From: Lysobacterales bacterium
Lineage (GTDB): Bacteria; Pseudomonadota; Gammaproteobacteria; Xanthomonadales; Xanthomonadaceae
Assembly (NCBI GenBank): GCA_038252715.1
Contig: JBBSAA010000001.1
Location: forward strand, 251-64,250
DNA: 64,000 nt
Direction of reading: 5' to 3'
Position 1 is the stretch's first letter. The number at the start of each line of letters is the position of its first letter. Shown here in pieces: positions 20,753 through 31,439 of the stretch. A program made the position numbers and the translations under genes. The notes under the pieces are model-generated. The model did no database searches and was not told the DNA's origin. It saw nothing but the letters and a program-made list of their open reading frames with translations.

Positions 20753-22705
20753 TCACTTGGCAGCAGCTTTGTTGGCGCTGCGGTACAACAACCAGGCGAC
20801 GAAGGCGAGGACGGCTAGTCCAACATATTTGCTCAGATGCATGCTGTCGGGCAGCGCCAAGACATCGGCGCGCTTGGAAATGACGATCGGGAACGCGATC
20901 GCGATGCCCATGAGTGCCTCGCCAGTAATCAGGCCCGCCGCAAACAGGGTGCCTGGACGATGAATGCGGTCCTTTCCTTCCTCATCGTCATCAGAGATGC
21001 CGTGCTTGCGCTGCACAAGGTGCGCCAACAGGCCGCCGAGGAAAATAGGCACCATCAGCTCTAGCGGCAAGTAGATGCCGATTGCGGCGGCAAGCACCGG
21101 CACGCGGAACTTCTTGCCAGTCGCCTTGAGCCACTCGTCCAACGCGATGATCAGCGCTCCAATACCGGCGCCGATGGAGATCATGTCCCAGGGCAACTTG
21201 CCGCCAAACATGCCCTGCGCAACTGACGCCATCAAGGTGGCCTGCGGTGCCGAAAGCGAGTTCGGGTGCTCGGGCGTCGGCGCGCCGATGCCATAGGCCG
21301 AGGCCAGCAGGTTCAACACCGGCGCCATGATCAACGCGCAGGAAAACGCGCCGATACCCAGCATCAACTGTTGCTTCCATGGCGTTGCGCCAACGATATA
21401 GCCGGCCTTGAGATCTTGCAGGTTATCGCCGCCTACCGCCGCTGCGCAGCAGACGACGGCGCCAATCATGATCGCTGCGACCGCGCCGATGGACGAATTG
21501 CTGCCCAGCAAGATCACCAACACGGCCGACGCAAACAAAATCGTGGCGATCGTGATGCCTGAGACGGGGTTGTTCGACGAACCCACGAGACCGGCCAAGT
21601 AGGCAGATACCGACACGAACAAGAAACCGGTGACGATCATGATCACGGTCATCAGCAGGCCGATGGCCCAAGGATGATTGATGGTGACATCGGCGGCAAC
21701 GATAGCGTGATAAAGCAGGGCCAGCGGGATCGTAAATACCAGCAAGGCGATCAGCATCCACTTCATCGGCAGGTCGCGTTCGGTCTCAGCGATGATTTCG
21801 CCGGTACCCTTGCGCGCCGCTGCGATGCCGCTGCGGACGCCTGACAGCAGCGATTTGCGCAGTGAGAACAGCGTCCAGACGCCACCGATCAACATGGTGC
21901 CGACACCGAGGTAGCGAATCTTGGTACTCCAGATTGCAAAAGCGGTATCGGCCGCGCTCGCGCCGGCGACTTTTGCGCTCAGCACCGCATCGCTACTCAG
22001 GAAAAACCAGTCGTAAAGCGGAATCGCAATGTGCCAAGACAAGATGCTGCCCGACACCACGACGATGCCCACGTTCAGTCCGACGATATAGCCCACGCCC
22101 AACAGGGCTGGCGAAAGATTGGTGCCTAGATAGCCAAGGTACTTGCCGAAATAAGTCGCACCGGCCGCCGTGTCGGGAATCATTCGCAGACCACTTTCAG
22201 CCGCGAGCTTCACCACCGAACCCACCACCGCCGACAGCGCGAGGATCTTTAGGCCGGGGCCCGGGTTTTCACCGGCCTTGAGCACTTCCGCCGCCGCCTT
22301 GCCTTCGGGAAAGGGCAGCGGGTCTTCAACAATCATCGTCCGGCGCAGCGGGACCGAAAACAGCACGCCGAGCAGACCACCGAGGCCGGCAATCGCCAGT
22401 ACCCACGAATACCGGAAGTCCTGCCAGTAACCCATGATGATCAGGGCCGGCAAGGTGAAGATCACACCGGCCGCGATCGAGGAGCCGGCAGACGCGCCGG
22501 TCTGGACGATGTTGTTTTCAAGGATGGTGCCGCCGCCAAACAGCCGCAGGACGCCCATCGACACCACGGCCGCTGGAATCGCGGTGGCAATGGTCAGGCC
22601 AGCAAACAGGCCTAGGTAGGCGTTGGCCGCAGACAGCACCATGGCCAAGATGATCGCCAAAACGACGGCGCGGAAGGTCAATTGCGGGGGCGACTTGGTT
22701 TCCAT
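20753..22705 (-). CDS. OPT family oligopeptide transporter
   Basis: ENNIVQT, PFPEG, SSNNPVSG, QDLKAG, APQA. Confidence 0.93.
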   Translation of the reverse strand: METKSPPQLTFRAVVLAIILAMVLSAANAYLGLFAGLTIATAIPAAVVSMGVLRLFGGGTILENNIVQTGASAGSSIAAGVIFTLPALIIMGYWQDFRYSWVLAIAGLGGLLGVLFSVPLRRTMIVEDPLPFPEGKAAAEVLKAGENPGPGLKILALSAVVGSVVKLAAESGLRMIPDTAAGATYFGKYLGYLGTNLSPALLGVGYIVGLNVGIVVVSGSILSWHIAIPLYDWFFLSSDAVLSAKVAGASAADTAFAIWSTKIRYLGVGTMLIGGVWTLFSLRKSLLSGVRSGIAAARKGTGEIIAETERDLPMKWMLIALLVFTIPLALLYHAIVAADVTINHPWAIGLLMTVIMIVTGFLFVSVSAYLAGLVGSSNNPVSGITIATILFASAVLVILLGSNSSIGAVAAIMIGAVVCCAAAVGGDNLQDLKAGYIVGATPWKQQLMLGIGAFSCALIMAPVLNLLASAYGIGAPTPEHPNSLSAPQATLMASVAQGMFGGKLPWDMISIGAGIGALIIALDEWLKATGKKFRVPVLAAAIGIYLPLELMVPIFLGGLLAHLVQRKHGISDDDEEGKDRIHRPGTLFAAGLITGEALMGIAIAFPIVISKRADVLALPDSMHLSKYVGLAVLAFVAWLLYRSANKAAAK

Positions 22706-22818
22706 CGCGGGCTCCGGGGGGTCAGGACAAGTCCCGATGGTGGCATGGTAGCCGGCTGTGGGGAAAGCCGGCCGCTCCCCGTGGCTATACTCGGGACATC
22801 CTGACCGCGGGAAACACC

Positions 22819-24582
22819 GTGAATTCGACCGTTACCCTGCCCGACCACGACGACTTCCTGGGACACCCCCGCGGCGTCTTCGTATGCTTTTTCACCGAGA
22901 TGTGGGAGCGCTTCTCGTTCTACGGGATGAAGGCGCTACTGTTGCTGTACTTGCTGAAGTACCACCTGTTCACCGACGACGTTGGTTACAGCGTGATCGG
23001 GGCTTACGGCGGCCTAGTCTATTGCCTGCCGGTGATTGGCGGCCTGCTCGCCGATCGCTACCTGGGCATGCGCAAGGCGGTGATTTTCGGCGGCGTGTTG
23101 CTGGTATTGGGCCACCTGGGCATGGCCTTCGAGGGCGTCAAGGCACAACAGGTGGCCGGCACCGTCGTGCGCGATGAAAGCGCACTGTGGGTGTTCTATT
23201 TTTCCCTCGCGCTGATCATCATGGGCGTGGGCTTCCTCAAGCCCAATATCTCGACCATCGTCGGTAAGTTGTATCGCGATGATGATCCACGCCGCGATTC
23301 GGGCTTTTCGCTGTTCTACGCCGGCATCAATCTTGGCGGCCTGCTGGCCGGTCTGGTCTGCGGCTACCTCGGCCTGACCTATGGCTGGAGCGTCGGCTTC
23401 GGCGCGGCCGGCATCGGGATGCTCGCCGGCCTAGTGATGTTCCTGTGGGGCCAGAAATACTTGCAGGGCCACGCGGAATCGCCGGCGCCGGAAAAACTGC
23501 GCGAGCCTGTCTTCGCCGGTGTGCGGCGTGAAACCGCGATCTACCTTGGCGCGCTGGTTGGACTGATCCCAGTGGCGACCCTGATGTGGGCGACGGCCAA
23601 TAACAAGCTCAACTTGGGCGGCCTGCCGCCGGCGTTGGCGCTAATGCTGTTGGTGATGTTGGGCGTGGCGGTGTGGTTCATCGGCTTCATCTTGACCAAA
23701 TGCAGCAAGGTCGAGCGTGACCAGATGATCGCGTTGATGGTCCTGATCGGCATGGCGCTGGTGTTTTTCACCCTGTACGAGCAGACCTATGGCTCGTGGG
23801 TGACGTTCAACGACCGCCTGCTGACCTCGGACTTCTTCCCCAGCCTGATTTTGAAAGAGCAATTGCCGGTCAGCTATTACGTCATCGCCCTGCTGCTGAT
23901 GCCGACAACTTTTATTGCGTCAACGATGATCGGCGCGAAAGACCGCGCCTCGCGCTGGCCGGTAGCGCTGTTCGCCGTGGCCGGCGGCGTCACCTTGCTG
24001 ATGGTGCTGGGCATGGCGATCTTGCAAAAACAGAACGCGAGTTCGCTGACCTTCCTCGGCAGCTTGTTCATTCTCTTGCTTGCGCCGGTCTTCACCGGAC
24101 TGTGGGGTTTCCTTGAGCGCTACCGGCTAAACCCGAGCAAGCCGTTCAAGAGCGCACTTGGCCTGGTGTTTGCCGGGCTGTCCTTCCTGCCGCTGATGGC
24201 GGCGGCAGCGAGCATCGGGCAGACACAGCAGTTGGGCAGCGTTTGGTGGCTAGTGCTCGCCTACTTCATCCTTGAAGTCGGCGAAATGTGCCTGTCGCCG
24301 GTCGGCCTGTCGGCAGTCACCCAGCTCTCGGTCAAACGCGTCGCAAGCCTGATGATGGGCACGTGGTTTCTTGCCACCGCGTTCTCTGAAACGCTAGCGG
24401 CCGAATTCGGCAAGCTTGCCGCCCTCGATACCTTCGATGCCGCAAAGATCGGCGACATGGCGCTGGCAGCGGGCAAATATGGCGAACTGTTCTGGCTATT
24501 GACGAAGGTCGGACTGGGCTGCGGATTGGTCGCGCTTCTGCTGGTGCCTTGGCTCAAGAAATTGATGCACGGGGTGAAATAG
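22819..24582 (+). CDS. POT/PTR family peptide MFS transporter
   Basis: EMWERFSFYG, GGLLADRYLG, GFLKPNIS, EMCLSPVGLS. Confidence 0.93.
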   Translation: MNSTVTLPDHDDFLGHPRGVFVCFFTEMWERFSFYGMKALLLLYLLKYHLFTDDVGYSVIGAYGGLVYCLPVIGGLLADRYLGMRKAVIFGGVLLVLGHLGMAFEGVKAQQVAGTVVRDESALWVFYFSLALIIMGVGFLKPNISTIVGKLYRDDDPRRDSGFSLFYAGINLGGLLAGLVCGYLGLTYGWSVGFGAAGIGMLAGLVMFLWGQKYLQGHAESPAPEKLREPVFAGVRRETAIYLGALVGLIPVATLMWATANNKLNLGGLPPALALMLLVMLGVAVWFIGFILTKCSKVERDQMIALMVLIGMALVFFTLYEQTYGSWVTFNDRLLTSDFFPSLILKEQLPVSYYVIALLLMPTTFIASTMIGAKDRASRWPVALFAVAGGVTLLMVLGMAILQKQNASSLTFLGSLFILLLAPVFTGLWGFLERYRLNPSKPFKSALGLVFAGLSFLPLMAAAASIGQTQQLGSVWWLVLAYFILEVGEMCLSPVGLSAVTQLSVKRVASLMMGTWFLATAFSETLAAEFGKLAALDTFDAAKIGDMALAAGKYGELFWLLTKVGLGCGLVALLLVPWLKKLMHGVK

Positions 24583-24960
24583 TTGAACTTCCGACGCAGT
24601 AAGTCGTGGTCCAACAATTGATCCACGCGTCCGCGGTCAGTGCGTCCAAAGAAATCGGGCAGCGGCCGATTCAATCAGACCCTAAGGTGGCAGGTTAGCT
24701 GCGCTCGCTGCATTCATGAGCTTTTCAAAGTCCTCGTGCCTGAGTCCCAAAAAGACACGAGGCTGCCGGTCACGGATCGCTGCGGCGTGACCACACTCCA
24801 CAACGACACGCCTTAAGTTGTTGCTGTCCTGCGCACCACATCGCGCCCGGATTGTCTTGGCACCGAGGAATGGTGAGTCACGGTCCACCGAGTCCAATGG
24901 CAGTCAAGACCTTGGACTCGGTGCCCGCCACCGGGATTTACGCTTGGACCGTCACAGGCT

Positions 24961-26976
24961 CTATTTTCCGCCAGCGCTCGAGGGCTGCCCGACCTCAACC
25001 TTGTCCTTGCCGACGCCGATGTAGCGATCGAAGAACGCCAACATCTTGGTGTATAAATTGAGATTGTTTTCCTCGCTGTAAAAGCCGTGGCCCTCGCCTT
25101 CTTGCAAAATCACTTCGTCAGCAGGGTGGCCGACCGCAATCAAGGCATCGCGCATCGCTTCGGTTTGCTCGCGCGGCGCGCGCTGGTCACGCAGGCCAGC
25201 CGCCAAAAACACCGGGATTTTGACCTTGCCTGCAAGCGACGCCGGCGAGTTCTTTTTCAAGTCCGCGGTATCAGGCCCCAACGTGCGCTCCAAGAACCGC
25301 TTGCCGCTCTCACGCTCAGGAATATCGCCTTTGCGATACATCATATTAAGGTCATAGACGCCGACGTAACCGACCGCGCACTGGTACAGCGCCGGTTCCT
25401 TGATTGCTCCCATCAGCGCTGCGTATCCGCCGTAACTACCGCCATAGACGCAAATCCGCCCGGGATCAGCCAAGCCGCCGTTCACCGCCCAGTTCGTGGC
25501 GTCGGTGAGATCGTCCTGCATCTTTCCTCCCCATTCCCGATGGCCCTTTTCTTGGAACTCATTTCCGAACCCACCCGAGCCGCGGAAATTGACTTGCAAG
25601 ACGAGGTACCCGCGGCTGGCGAACAGCTGGGTTTCCCAATTGAAGCCCCAATCGTCGCGTGGCCCGATCGGGCCGCCATGCGGGTTGACGATCATCGGCA
25701 GATTCTTGCCATCGCTACCGTTCGGAATTGTCAGGTAGCCGTGCAAAAGCTGACCATCGCGCGCTTTGAACGAGAACGGTCGGATCGTCGCCATGCGCTT
25801 GCCGTCAAGCCATTGGCGGTCACGGATGAGAAAGCTCGCTTTGCCGGTGCTGCGGTCGAACAAATACAGTTCGGTTGGTTGACTGTCGCTGCTAACGGAC
25901 ACCACGATCTGCTTGCCGTCGAGCGTCGCGCTCGAAAACTCAACGAACTTCCCCGGGAAAGCCGCGGCGAGATTGACGTAAACCTGGGCATCCGGCTGTG
26001 TTTCGTCGACTAGCGCTACCTGCGGCGCGCCGGCACGAGTGACCACACCCAGAACCGTGTCGCCGTCGGAAGCTGTGATGTAGCTGGCCGGCTCGGAAAC
26101 CGCATCTTGGAATAGCTTGTTGAACGCGCCGGTGGTCTGGTCGATGGTGCCGAATGCGGCCGGCGCCTTGCTGTCATCTTCCAGGGCGTAAATACGGCCG
26201 TCTTTTGCCGAGCCAAGCACGACCAAGCGCCGTCCGCCGTTCTTGGAACGATTGACCAAGCTCCACTTGCCGTTGTCATCGCGACGATATAAGTCGACGT
26301 GCTGCTCGTACTTTCCATCGGCGCCTTTGTCGTCGCTGCATGATGCGAAGCGAGGCTGTTTGCCAGCATCCAGCGCGATCGAGCAGTTTTTTACCGGCGC
26401 CTCAGCCAAAAGCTTGCGCTGGCCGGTAACGGTATCCATTGACACCACCTGCGCCATCGAATCGTTACCCACGGCATGGGATACCGACATCAGCACGCGA
26501 CCTTCGTCGGCTGGCAGCGGGTCGAGCATCGAAAACTGATCGGCATATGACACCGACTTGCTGCGCTGGGTCGGGTCCTTGCTGCCGTATGAGATCAGCA
26601 CGCGCGGCTGCGATCCATCCGCATCCATGGCAAACCATTCGCCAGTCGAGAACGGCGCGGCATAGCTGCCAAGGTTGCGTACTGCTGTAAACGCCAACCG
26701 CCGAGTCCCCACCCAGTAAAACGCGCCCACGCTTTTCTCATCGGGTAGCACGGTCTGCTTGAGTAGGCTCATGTCCTTGAGGTCAAGCACGGCCAACGCA
26801 TCTTGCTTGTCGCGCTGCACGGTGATTGCGAGATAGCGCCCATCCGGGGATATCTTGGCGTCGCTGAATTCAGCGTGGCGAACGAAGTCCTTGACCGGAA
26901 TCAGATCGGCAGCAGCACTGCCGGCAAAAACAGCAGTCGCGACCATCGCTAGGGCCAGTTTTACAAACAGGGACAT
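24961..26976 (-). CDS. S9 family (prolyl oligopeptidase-like) peptidase
   Basis: Signal peptide, PHGGP, NFRGSGG, GGSYGG, EGHG. Confidence 0.92.
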   Translation of the reverse strand: MSLFVKLALAMVATAVFAGSAAADLIPVKDFVRHAEFSDAKISPDGRYLAITVQRDKQDALAVLDLKDMSLLKQTVLPDEKSVGAFYWVGTRRLAFTAVRNLGSYAAPFSTGEWFAMDADGSQPRVLISYGSKDPTQRSKSVSYADQFSMLDPLPADEGRVLMSVSHAVGNDSMAQVVSMDTVTGQRKLLAEAPVKNCSIALDAGKQPRFASCSDDKGADGKYEQHVDLYRRDDNGKWSLVNRSKNGGRRLVVLGSAKDGRIYALEDDSKAPAAFGTIDQTTGAFNKLFQDAVSEPASYITASDGDTVLGVVTRAGAPQVALVDETQPDAQVYVNLAAAFPGKFVEFSSATLDGKQIVVSVSSDSQPTELYLFDRSTGKASFLIRDRQWLDGKRMATIRPFSFKARDGQLLHGYLTIPNGSDGKNLPMIVNPHGGPIGPRDDWGFNWETQLFASRGYLVLQVNFRGSGGFGNEFQEKGHREWGGKMQDDLTDATNWAVNGGLADPGRICVYGGSYGGYAALMGAIKEPALYQCAVGYVGVYDLNMMYRKGDIPERESGKRFLERTLGPDTADLKKNSPASLAGKVKIPVFLAAGLRDQRAPREQTEAMRDALIAVGHPADEVILQEGEGHGFYSEENNLNLYTKMLAFFDRYIGVGKDKVEVGQPSSAGGK

Positions 26977-27051
26977 CGCGCCACCTCATTTTCTTGTCTT
27001 CAGTGATTAGATTGCGTCGGACGACAGGGCACGTCGAGCTCGACGCCCGCT

Positions 27052-27957
27052 TCAGGCTTTTGCTTCCGCCAATTCGCCGACCACCTGCCGCAGGCCAACG
27101 CGCCAATCGGGCAAACTCAAGCCGAAATCGGCGGCGAACTTGCTGCAATCCAGGCGCGAGTACGCCGGGCGCTTGGCCTTGGTCGGATAGTCGGAGCTTG
27201 GAATGCCAAGCAGGCGCGGCGCCCGCTCGATGACTTTTGAGGCGAGCGCATCGGCATAGATGGCCGAGGCAAACTGGAACCAACTGCATTCCCCGTCAGA
27301 TACCAAGTGCCAAGTGCCGTCTGCATCCGCTCGCTTGGCCAAGGCCAAGGCGGTCGCAGTTGCCAACCAGCGCGCCGGCGTCGGGGAGCCGACCTGGTCA
27401 TGAACGATGCGCAGTTCGTCGCGCTCTTTCGCCAATCGTAACGCCGTGCGCAAGAAATTCTGCCCGCGCGACGCGTACACCCATGCAGTGCGCAGCACCA
27501 TGTGGCGGCAGCCGCTGCCGCGCACGGCGTCTTCGCCGGCGAGCTTAGTGCGTCCGTATACGGCGAGTGGGGCGGTCGCGTCGTCCTCGCGCCAAGGACG
27601 GCGGCTTTCGCCACCGAAAACATAATCAGTCGAATAATGCACAAGCTTGGCGTCAATTGCCTTGCACGCCGCCGCGAGCTCACCGACCGCATCGGCATTG
27701 ATTCGCTGGGCAAGCTGCGGCTCGTCTTCGGCGCGATCGACAGCCGTATGCGCCACCGCATTGAGCACTAAGTCAGGACGGTGTTCAGCGACCAATTTAT
27801 CGAGGTCGCCGGGCACGCCGAAATCAATCTGCCCGCACCGCTGTTCACCCGGCAGCAGGCCCGAATAGGTGTACGGCAGGATTTCTCCCAGCGGCGCGCA
27901 GGCGCGATGCAATTCGTAGCCAAGCTGGCCGTCGGCACCAAGCAAAAGGATTTTCAC
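27052..27957 (-). CDS. rfbD: dTDP-4-dehydrorhamnose reductase
   Basis: GADGQLG, STDYVF, YGRTK. Confidence 0.95.
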   Translation of the reverse strand: MKILLLGADGQLGYELHRACAPLGEILPYTYSGLLPGEQRCGQIDFGVPGDLDKLVAEHRPDLVLNAVAHTAVDRAEDEPQLAQRINADAVGELAAACKAIDAKLVHYSTDYVFGGESRRPWREDDATAPLAVYGRTKLAGEDAVRGSGCRHMVLRTAWVYASRGQNFLRTALRLAKERDELRIVHDQVGSPTPARWLATATALALAKRADADGTWHLVSDGECSWFQFASAIYADALASKVIERAPRLLGIPSSDYPTKAKRPAYSRLDCSKFAADFGLSLPDWRVGLRQVVGELAEAKA

Positions 27958-28511
27958 GCAACATACTCCGGCAGGCGATCAGCGGCGATTTGGTCGAGGA
28001 AAGGTGCGCGCTCGTCCTTGTCGGACAGTAGCGGTGAAGACACCGGCCAGTCGATGGCCAAGCGAGCATCATCCCAACGCACGCCGGCATCGGCGGCATG
28101 CACATAGGGCGCCGTGCACAGGTAGCTGAACACCGCCCGCTCCGATAGGACGACAAAGCCGTGGGCAAAACCTTCGGGAATCCAGAAAATACGCTTGTTT
28201 TCGGCGCTGATCACCACGGCGGTCCACTGGCCGAAGGTTGGCGAGCCGCGACGGATGTCAGCGGCGACGTCATATACCTCGCCCTCGAGCACGCTGACCA
28301 ACTTTCCCTGCGGATGCGGCCATTGGTAGTGCATTCCACGCAACACGCCACGTTCCGACATCGAGACATTGCTTTGCACGAAATCGAGGTCGAGCCCTGC
28401 CTGCGCCCACTTGGGCTTGTTCCACGATTCGTAGAACGCGCCGCGACTGTCGCCGAACACCTGCGGCTCGATGATCTTGCAGCCAGGAAGATCAGTTTCG
28501 GTGATTTTCAT
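27954..28511 (-). CDS. rfbC: dTDP-4-dehydrorhamnose 3,5-epimerase
   Basis: DSRG, LRGMHYQ, GFAHGF. Confidence 0.95.
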   Translation of the reverse strand: MKITETDLPGCKIIEPQVFGDSRGAFYESWNKPKWAQAGLDLDFVQSNVSMSERGVLRGMHYQWPHPQGKLVSVLEGEVYDVAADIRRGSPTFGQWTAVVISAENKRIFWIPEGFAHGFVVLSERAVFSYLCTAPYVHAADAGVRWDDARLAIDWPVSSPLLSDKDERAPFLDQIAADRLPEYVA

Positions 28512-29404
28512 TCGACGCGCCCGTGTTCAAGCAAGCTCAGCAAGTACTGGCCGTAGCCATTCTTTGACAGGGGCTTGGCAAGATCGCGCAGCTGGTCATC
28601 GCTGATCCAGTGGTTGAAATACGCAATTTCTTCCGGGCAACACACCCGCAGGCCCTGCCGCGCTTCAATGGTTTCAATGAAGTTCGAGGCCTGCAGCAGT
28701 GACTCGTGGGTGCCGGTATCGAGCCACGCGAAGCCACGCCCGAGCTTTTCGAGCTGCAGCGCGTTGGCTTCAAGATAACACCGGTTAAGGTCAGTGATTT
28801 CAAGCTCGCCGCGCGGCGATGGCGCTAGGCTCGCGGCGAAATCAGGCGCGCGACTATCGTAGAAATACAGGCCAGTGACCGCGTAGTGCGATTTCGGCGC
28901 CGAGGGTTTTTCTTCCAGACCGATCACGCGTCCGGTGGCATCGAATTCGGCGACGCCGTAACGCTCTGGATCCTTGACCCAATAGCCGAACACCGTCGCG
29001 CCCTCGGCACGTGCATCGGAACGCTGCAGCAGTTCGGTCAAGCCGTGGCCGTGGAAGATATTGTCACCCAGGACCAAGCAGCTGGGCGCGCCGGCCAGGA
29101 AGTCTCGGCCGATGATGAAAGCCTGCGCCAACCCGTCCGGGCTGGGCTGCACGGCATATTCAATTTTCATACCCCACTGCGAGCCGTCGCCGAGCAGTCG
29201 CTGAAACAGCGCCTGCTCGTGCGGCGTGTTGATGATCAGCACCTCGCGGATGCCGGCAAGCATCAACACGCTTAGCGGGTAATAGATCATTGGCTTGTCG
29301 TACACCGGCAGCAACTGCTTGCTGATGCACTGGGTGATCGGATACAGGCGTGTGCCCGAACCTCCTGCCAGGATGATGCCCTTGCGCTTGAGGGCGGCCG
29401 TCAT
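28508..29404 (-). CDS. rfbA: Glucose-1-phosphate thymidylyltransferase
   Basis: [25 protein letters not shown]; ATG overlaps the rfbB stop. Confidence 0.96.
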   Translation of the reverse strand: MTAALKRKGIILAGGSGTRLYPITQCISKQLLPVYDKPMIYYPLSVLMLAGIREVLIINTPHEQALFQRLLGDGSQWGMKIEYAVQPSPDGLAQAFIIGRDFLAGAPSCLVLGDNIFHGHGLTELLQRSDARAEGATVFGYWVKDPERYGVAEFDATGRVIGLEEKPSAPKSHYAVTGLYFYDSRAPDFAASLAPSPRGELEITDLNRCYLEANALQLEKLGRGFAWLDTGTHESLLQASNFIETIEARQGLRVCCPEEIAYFNHWISDDQLRDLAKPLSKNGYGQYLLSLLEHGRVE

Positions 29405-30468
29405 GCCGACGCCCCCTGACCGATGCGTTCCAACCGGTAGCTGCCGTCGAGCACGCGGCTGCTCCACCCTTCGTTCGCAAGATACCAATCCACGGTTTGT
29501 GCGATGCCCTGCGAGAAGTCGACGGTCGGTGCCCAACCGAGCTCACGCTTGAGCTTACTGGCGTCGATTGCATACCGGCGGTCGTGGCCAGGACGATCCG
29601 TGACGAAGGTAATTTGCGACTCGCGCGCCAGGCCATCCGCACGCGGACGACGGGCATCGAGCAATGCGCAGATGGTTTTGACCACGTCGATGTTCTTGCG
29701 TTCGGCGTCGCCGCCGACATTGTACGTTTCACCTACGCGGCCCGCCGCCAACACGCTGCGGATTGCCGAGCAATGGTCGGCAACATACAGCCAGTCGCGG
29801 ACGTTCTGGCCGTCGCCGTACACCGGCAGCGGCGCGCCAGTCAGCGCCTTCTGGATGATCAGCGGGATCAATTTTTCCGGAAACTGGTACGGCCCGTAAT
29901 TGTTCGAGCAATTGGTCGTCAGCGTTGGCAAACCGTAGGTGTGCTGGAACGCGCGCACCAGGTGATCGGACGCGGCCTTGCTGGCCGAATACGGTGAATT
30001 AGGCGCAAAGGCCGTTTCTTCAGTGAAGGCACCAGTGTCGCCGAGCGAGCCATAGACCTCATCGGTAGACACATGCAGGAAGCGGAATGCGGCTTTGTCG
30101 GCATCGGCCAGCGCGCGCCAGAAATCGCGGGTCGCCTCGAGCAACGACAGGGTACCGACAACATTGGTTTGGATGAACGCGGCTGGGCCATCGATCGAGC
30201 GATCGACGTGGCTTTCTGCCGCGAAATTGATGACGGCCGACGGGCGGTACTCGGCCAGCAGTCGATCTACCAAGGCCCGGTCACCGATGTCGCCCTCGAT
30301 GAAAACGTGGCGCGGGTCACCGGCCAGCCCCGAGAGCGTGTCGAGGTTGCCGGCATAGGTCAACGCGTCGAGATTGATGATGCGCGGCCCTGCTGGGTCC
30401 TTAACCGCGTCTAGGACGAAATTGCCGCCAATGAAGCCGGCACCGCCTGTTACTAGCCACGTTTGCAT
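29401..30468 (-). CDS. rfbB: dTDP-glucose 4,6-dehydratase
   Basis: [28 protein letters not shown]. Confidence 0.96.
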   Translation of the reverse strand: MQTWLVTGGAGFIGGNFVLDAVKDPAGPRIINLDALTYAGNLDTLSGLAGDPRHVFIEGDIGDRALVDRLLAEYRPSAVINFAAESHVDRSIDGPAAFIQTNVVGTLSLLEATRDFWRALADADKAAFRFLHVSTDEVYGSLGDTGAFTEETAFAPNSPYSASKAASDHLVRAFQHTYGLPTLTTNCSNNYGPYQFPEKLIPLIIQKALTGAPLPVYGDGQNVRDWLYVADHCSAIRSVLAAGRVGETYNVGGDAERKNIDVVKTICALLDARRPRADGLARESQITFVTDRPGHDRRYAIDASKLKRELGWAPTVDFSQGIAQTVDWYLANEGWSSRVLDGSYRLERIGQGASA

Positions 30469-30633
30469 CCGCGTCCTTTAAAGAGATCGTTTGGCGCGAT
30501 GGTAGCAAATCGCGCCCAAGCCGACACCAGGGGCAAGGGCAAAACGCTGCATAAACAGCTACTTGCATTAAGACCGAGACGCAGGGCAGCCGACGTCGAA
30601 ACAGCGCGGCCGCCGCCCGTTGCGCTCGTTTGC

Positions 30634-31404
30634 CTAAATGCCGGCCAACACTAGCGACTGGAGCGCAGAGGTACCGTAGAGCACCCGACGCCCTAAGGTA
30701 CTCAATTTGCCCTGGGTGATTGGGGTGGCCGGCTTGTCGGGCAAGGCGATTGCCGCCAACACGACCCAAGGGTCAGAAGGACAGGCGCGGCAAGGCGGCA
30801 CCGGCGGCGCGCCGCGATCCTTGCTGTCGTGCCAACTTTTCCACTGGGCGAGAAAGTCCTTGTCAGCTTTCATCGCGTCCACGTGTGACGGCGGTAGCTC
30901 CTGCAGCACTTTTAGTTCGAAATCATCGCGAACCCGCGAGTACTCGCAGACCATCTCGTCGCAGCCGCAGCCGAGCGGGTGCACCCGCACCGGGCGTGAA
31001 TCGCATTCGGCGTGACGGATCGCCAAGAACACCGGCATGGCCAGCCGTTGGCCCTTGTCGCTGCTGGCCGGCGGACAAGGCCAGGGCTGGCAGGGCTCGC
31101 AATCGCTGGCCCCGGACGCGATGTCGAAAAATATTGGATCGGCGACGGTGATCTCGTCGCCCTGTGGCCCGATCGCGTAGCCGGGGCAGACCCGTACGCG
31201 CCAAGGATGTTCGGCATCGGGCGCCGCTTCCACCGACAGTCCGCACACCACTCCCCAGCCGTGCAGAAAGCGATTGTGGCGGCGGTCGTGCTGGCGAAAG
31301 TAGTCCTGCTCGGTGGTCATGTCGTCGGCGGTGATGAGCTGGCGCGGAAAATACCGCACGCGCTCCAGGCCGAAGAGTCCGGGTTTGCAAGTACTGGCTG
31401 ACAT
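30634..31404 (-). CDS. CIS-associated fibre/adaptor-like Cys-rich protein
   Basis: N-terminal RVRYFPRQLITADDMTTEQDYF...HGWGVVCGL domain, shared with two neighbours. Confidence 0.7.
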   Translation of the reverse strand: MSASTCKPGLFGLERVRYFPRQLITADDMTTEQDYFRQHDRRHNRFLHGWGVVCGLSVEAAPDAEHPWRVRVCPGYAIGPQGDEITVADPIFFDIASGASDCEPCQPWPCPPASSDKGQRLAMPVFLAIRHAECDSRPVRVHPLGCGCDEMVCEYSRVRDDFELKVLQELPPSHVDAMKADKDFLAQWKSWHDSKDRGAPPVPPCRACPSDPWVVLAAIALPDKPATPITQGKLSTLGRRVLYGTSALQSLVLAGI

Positions 31405-31439
31405 GGCTGGATCCTTTGCTGACGTGATTGGTTCGCCGG

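Noticed and set aside
24682-24897. 71-aa minus-strand ORF
   Set aside because: TTG start inside a hairpin, no RBS and no recognisable motif
30530-30572. Tn3-like terminal repeat (GGGG...TAAG)
   Set aside because: The right-hand copy matches only 12 bp, with no 5-bp target duplication and no transposase
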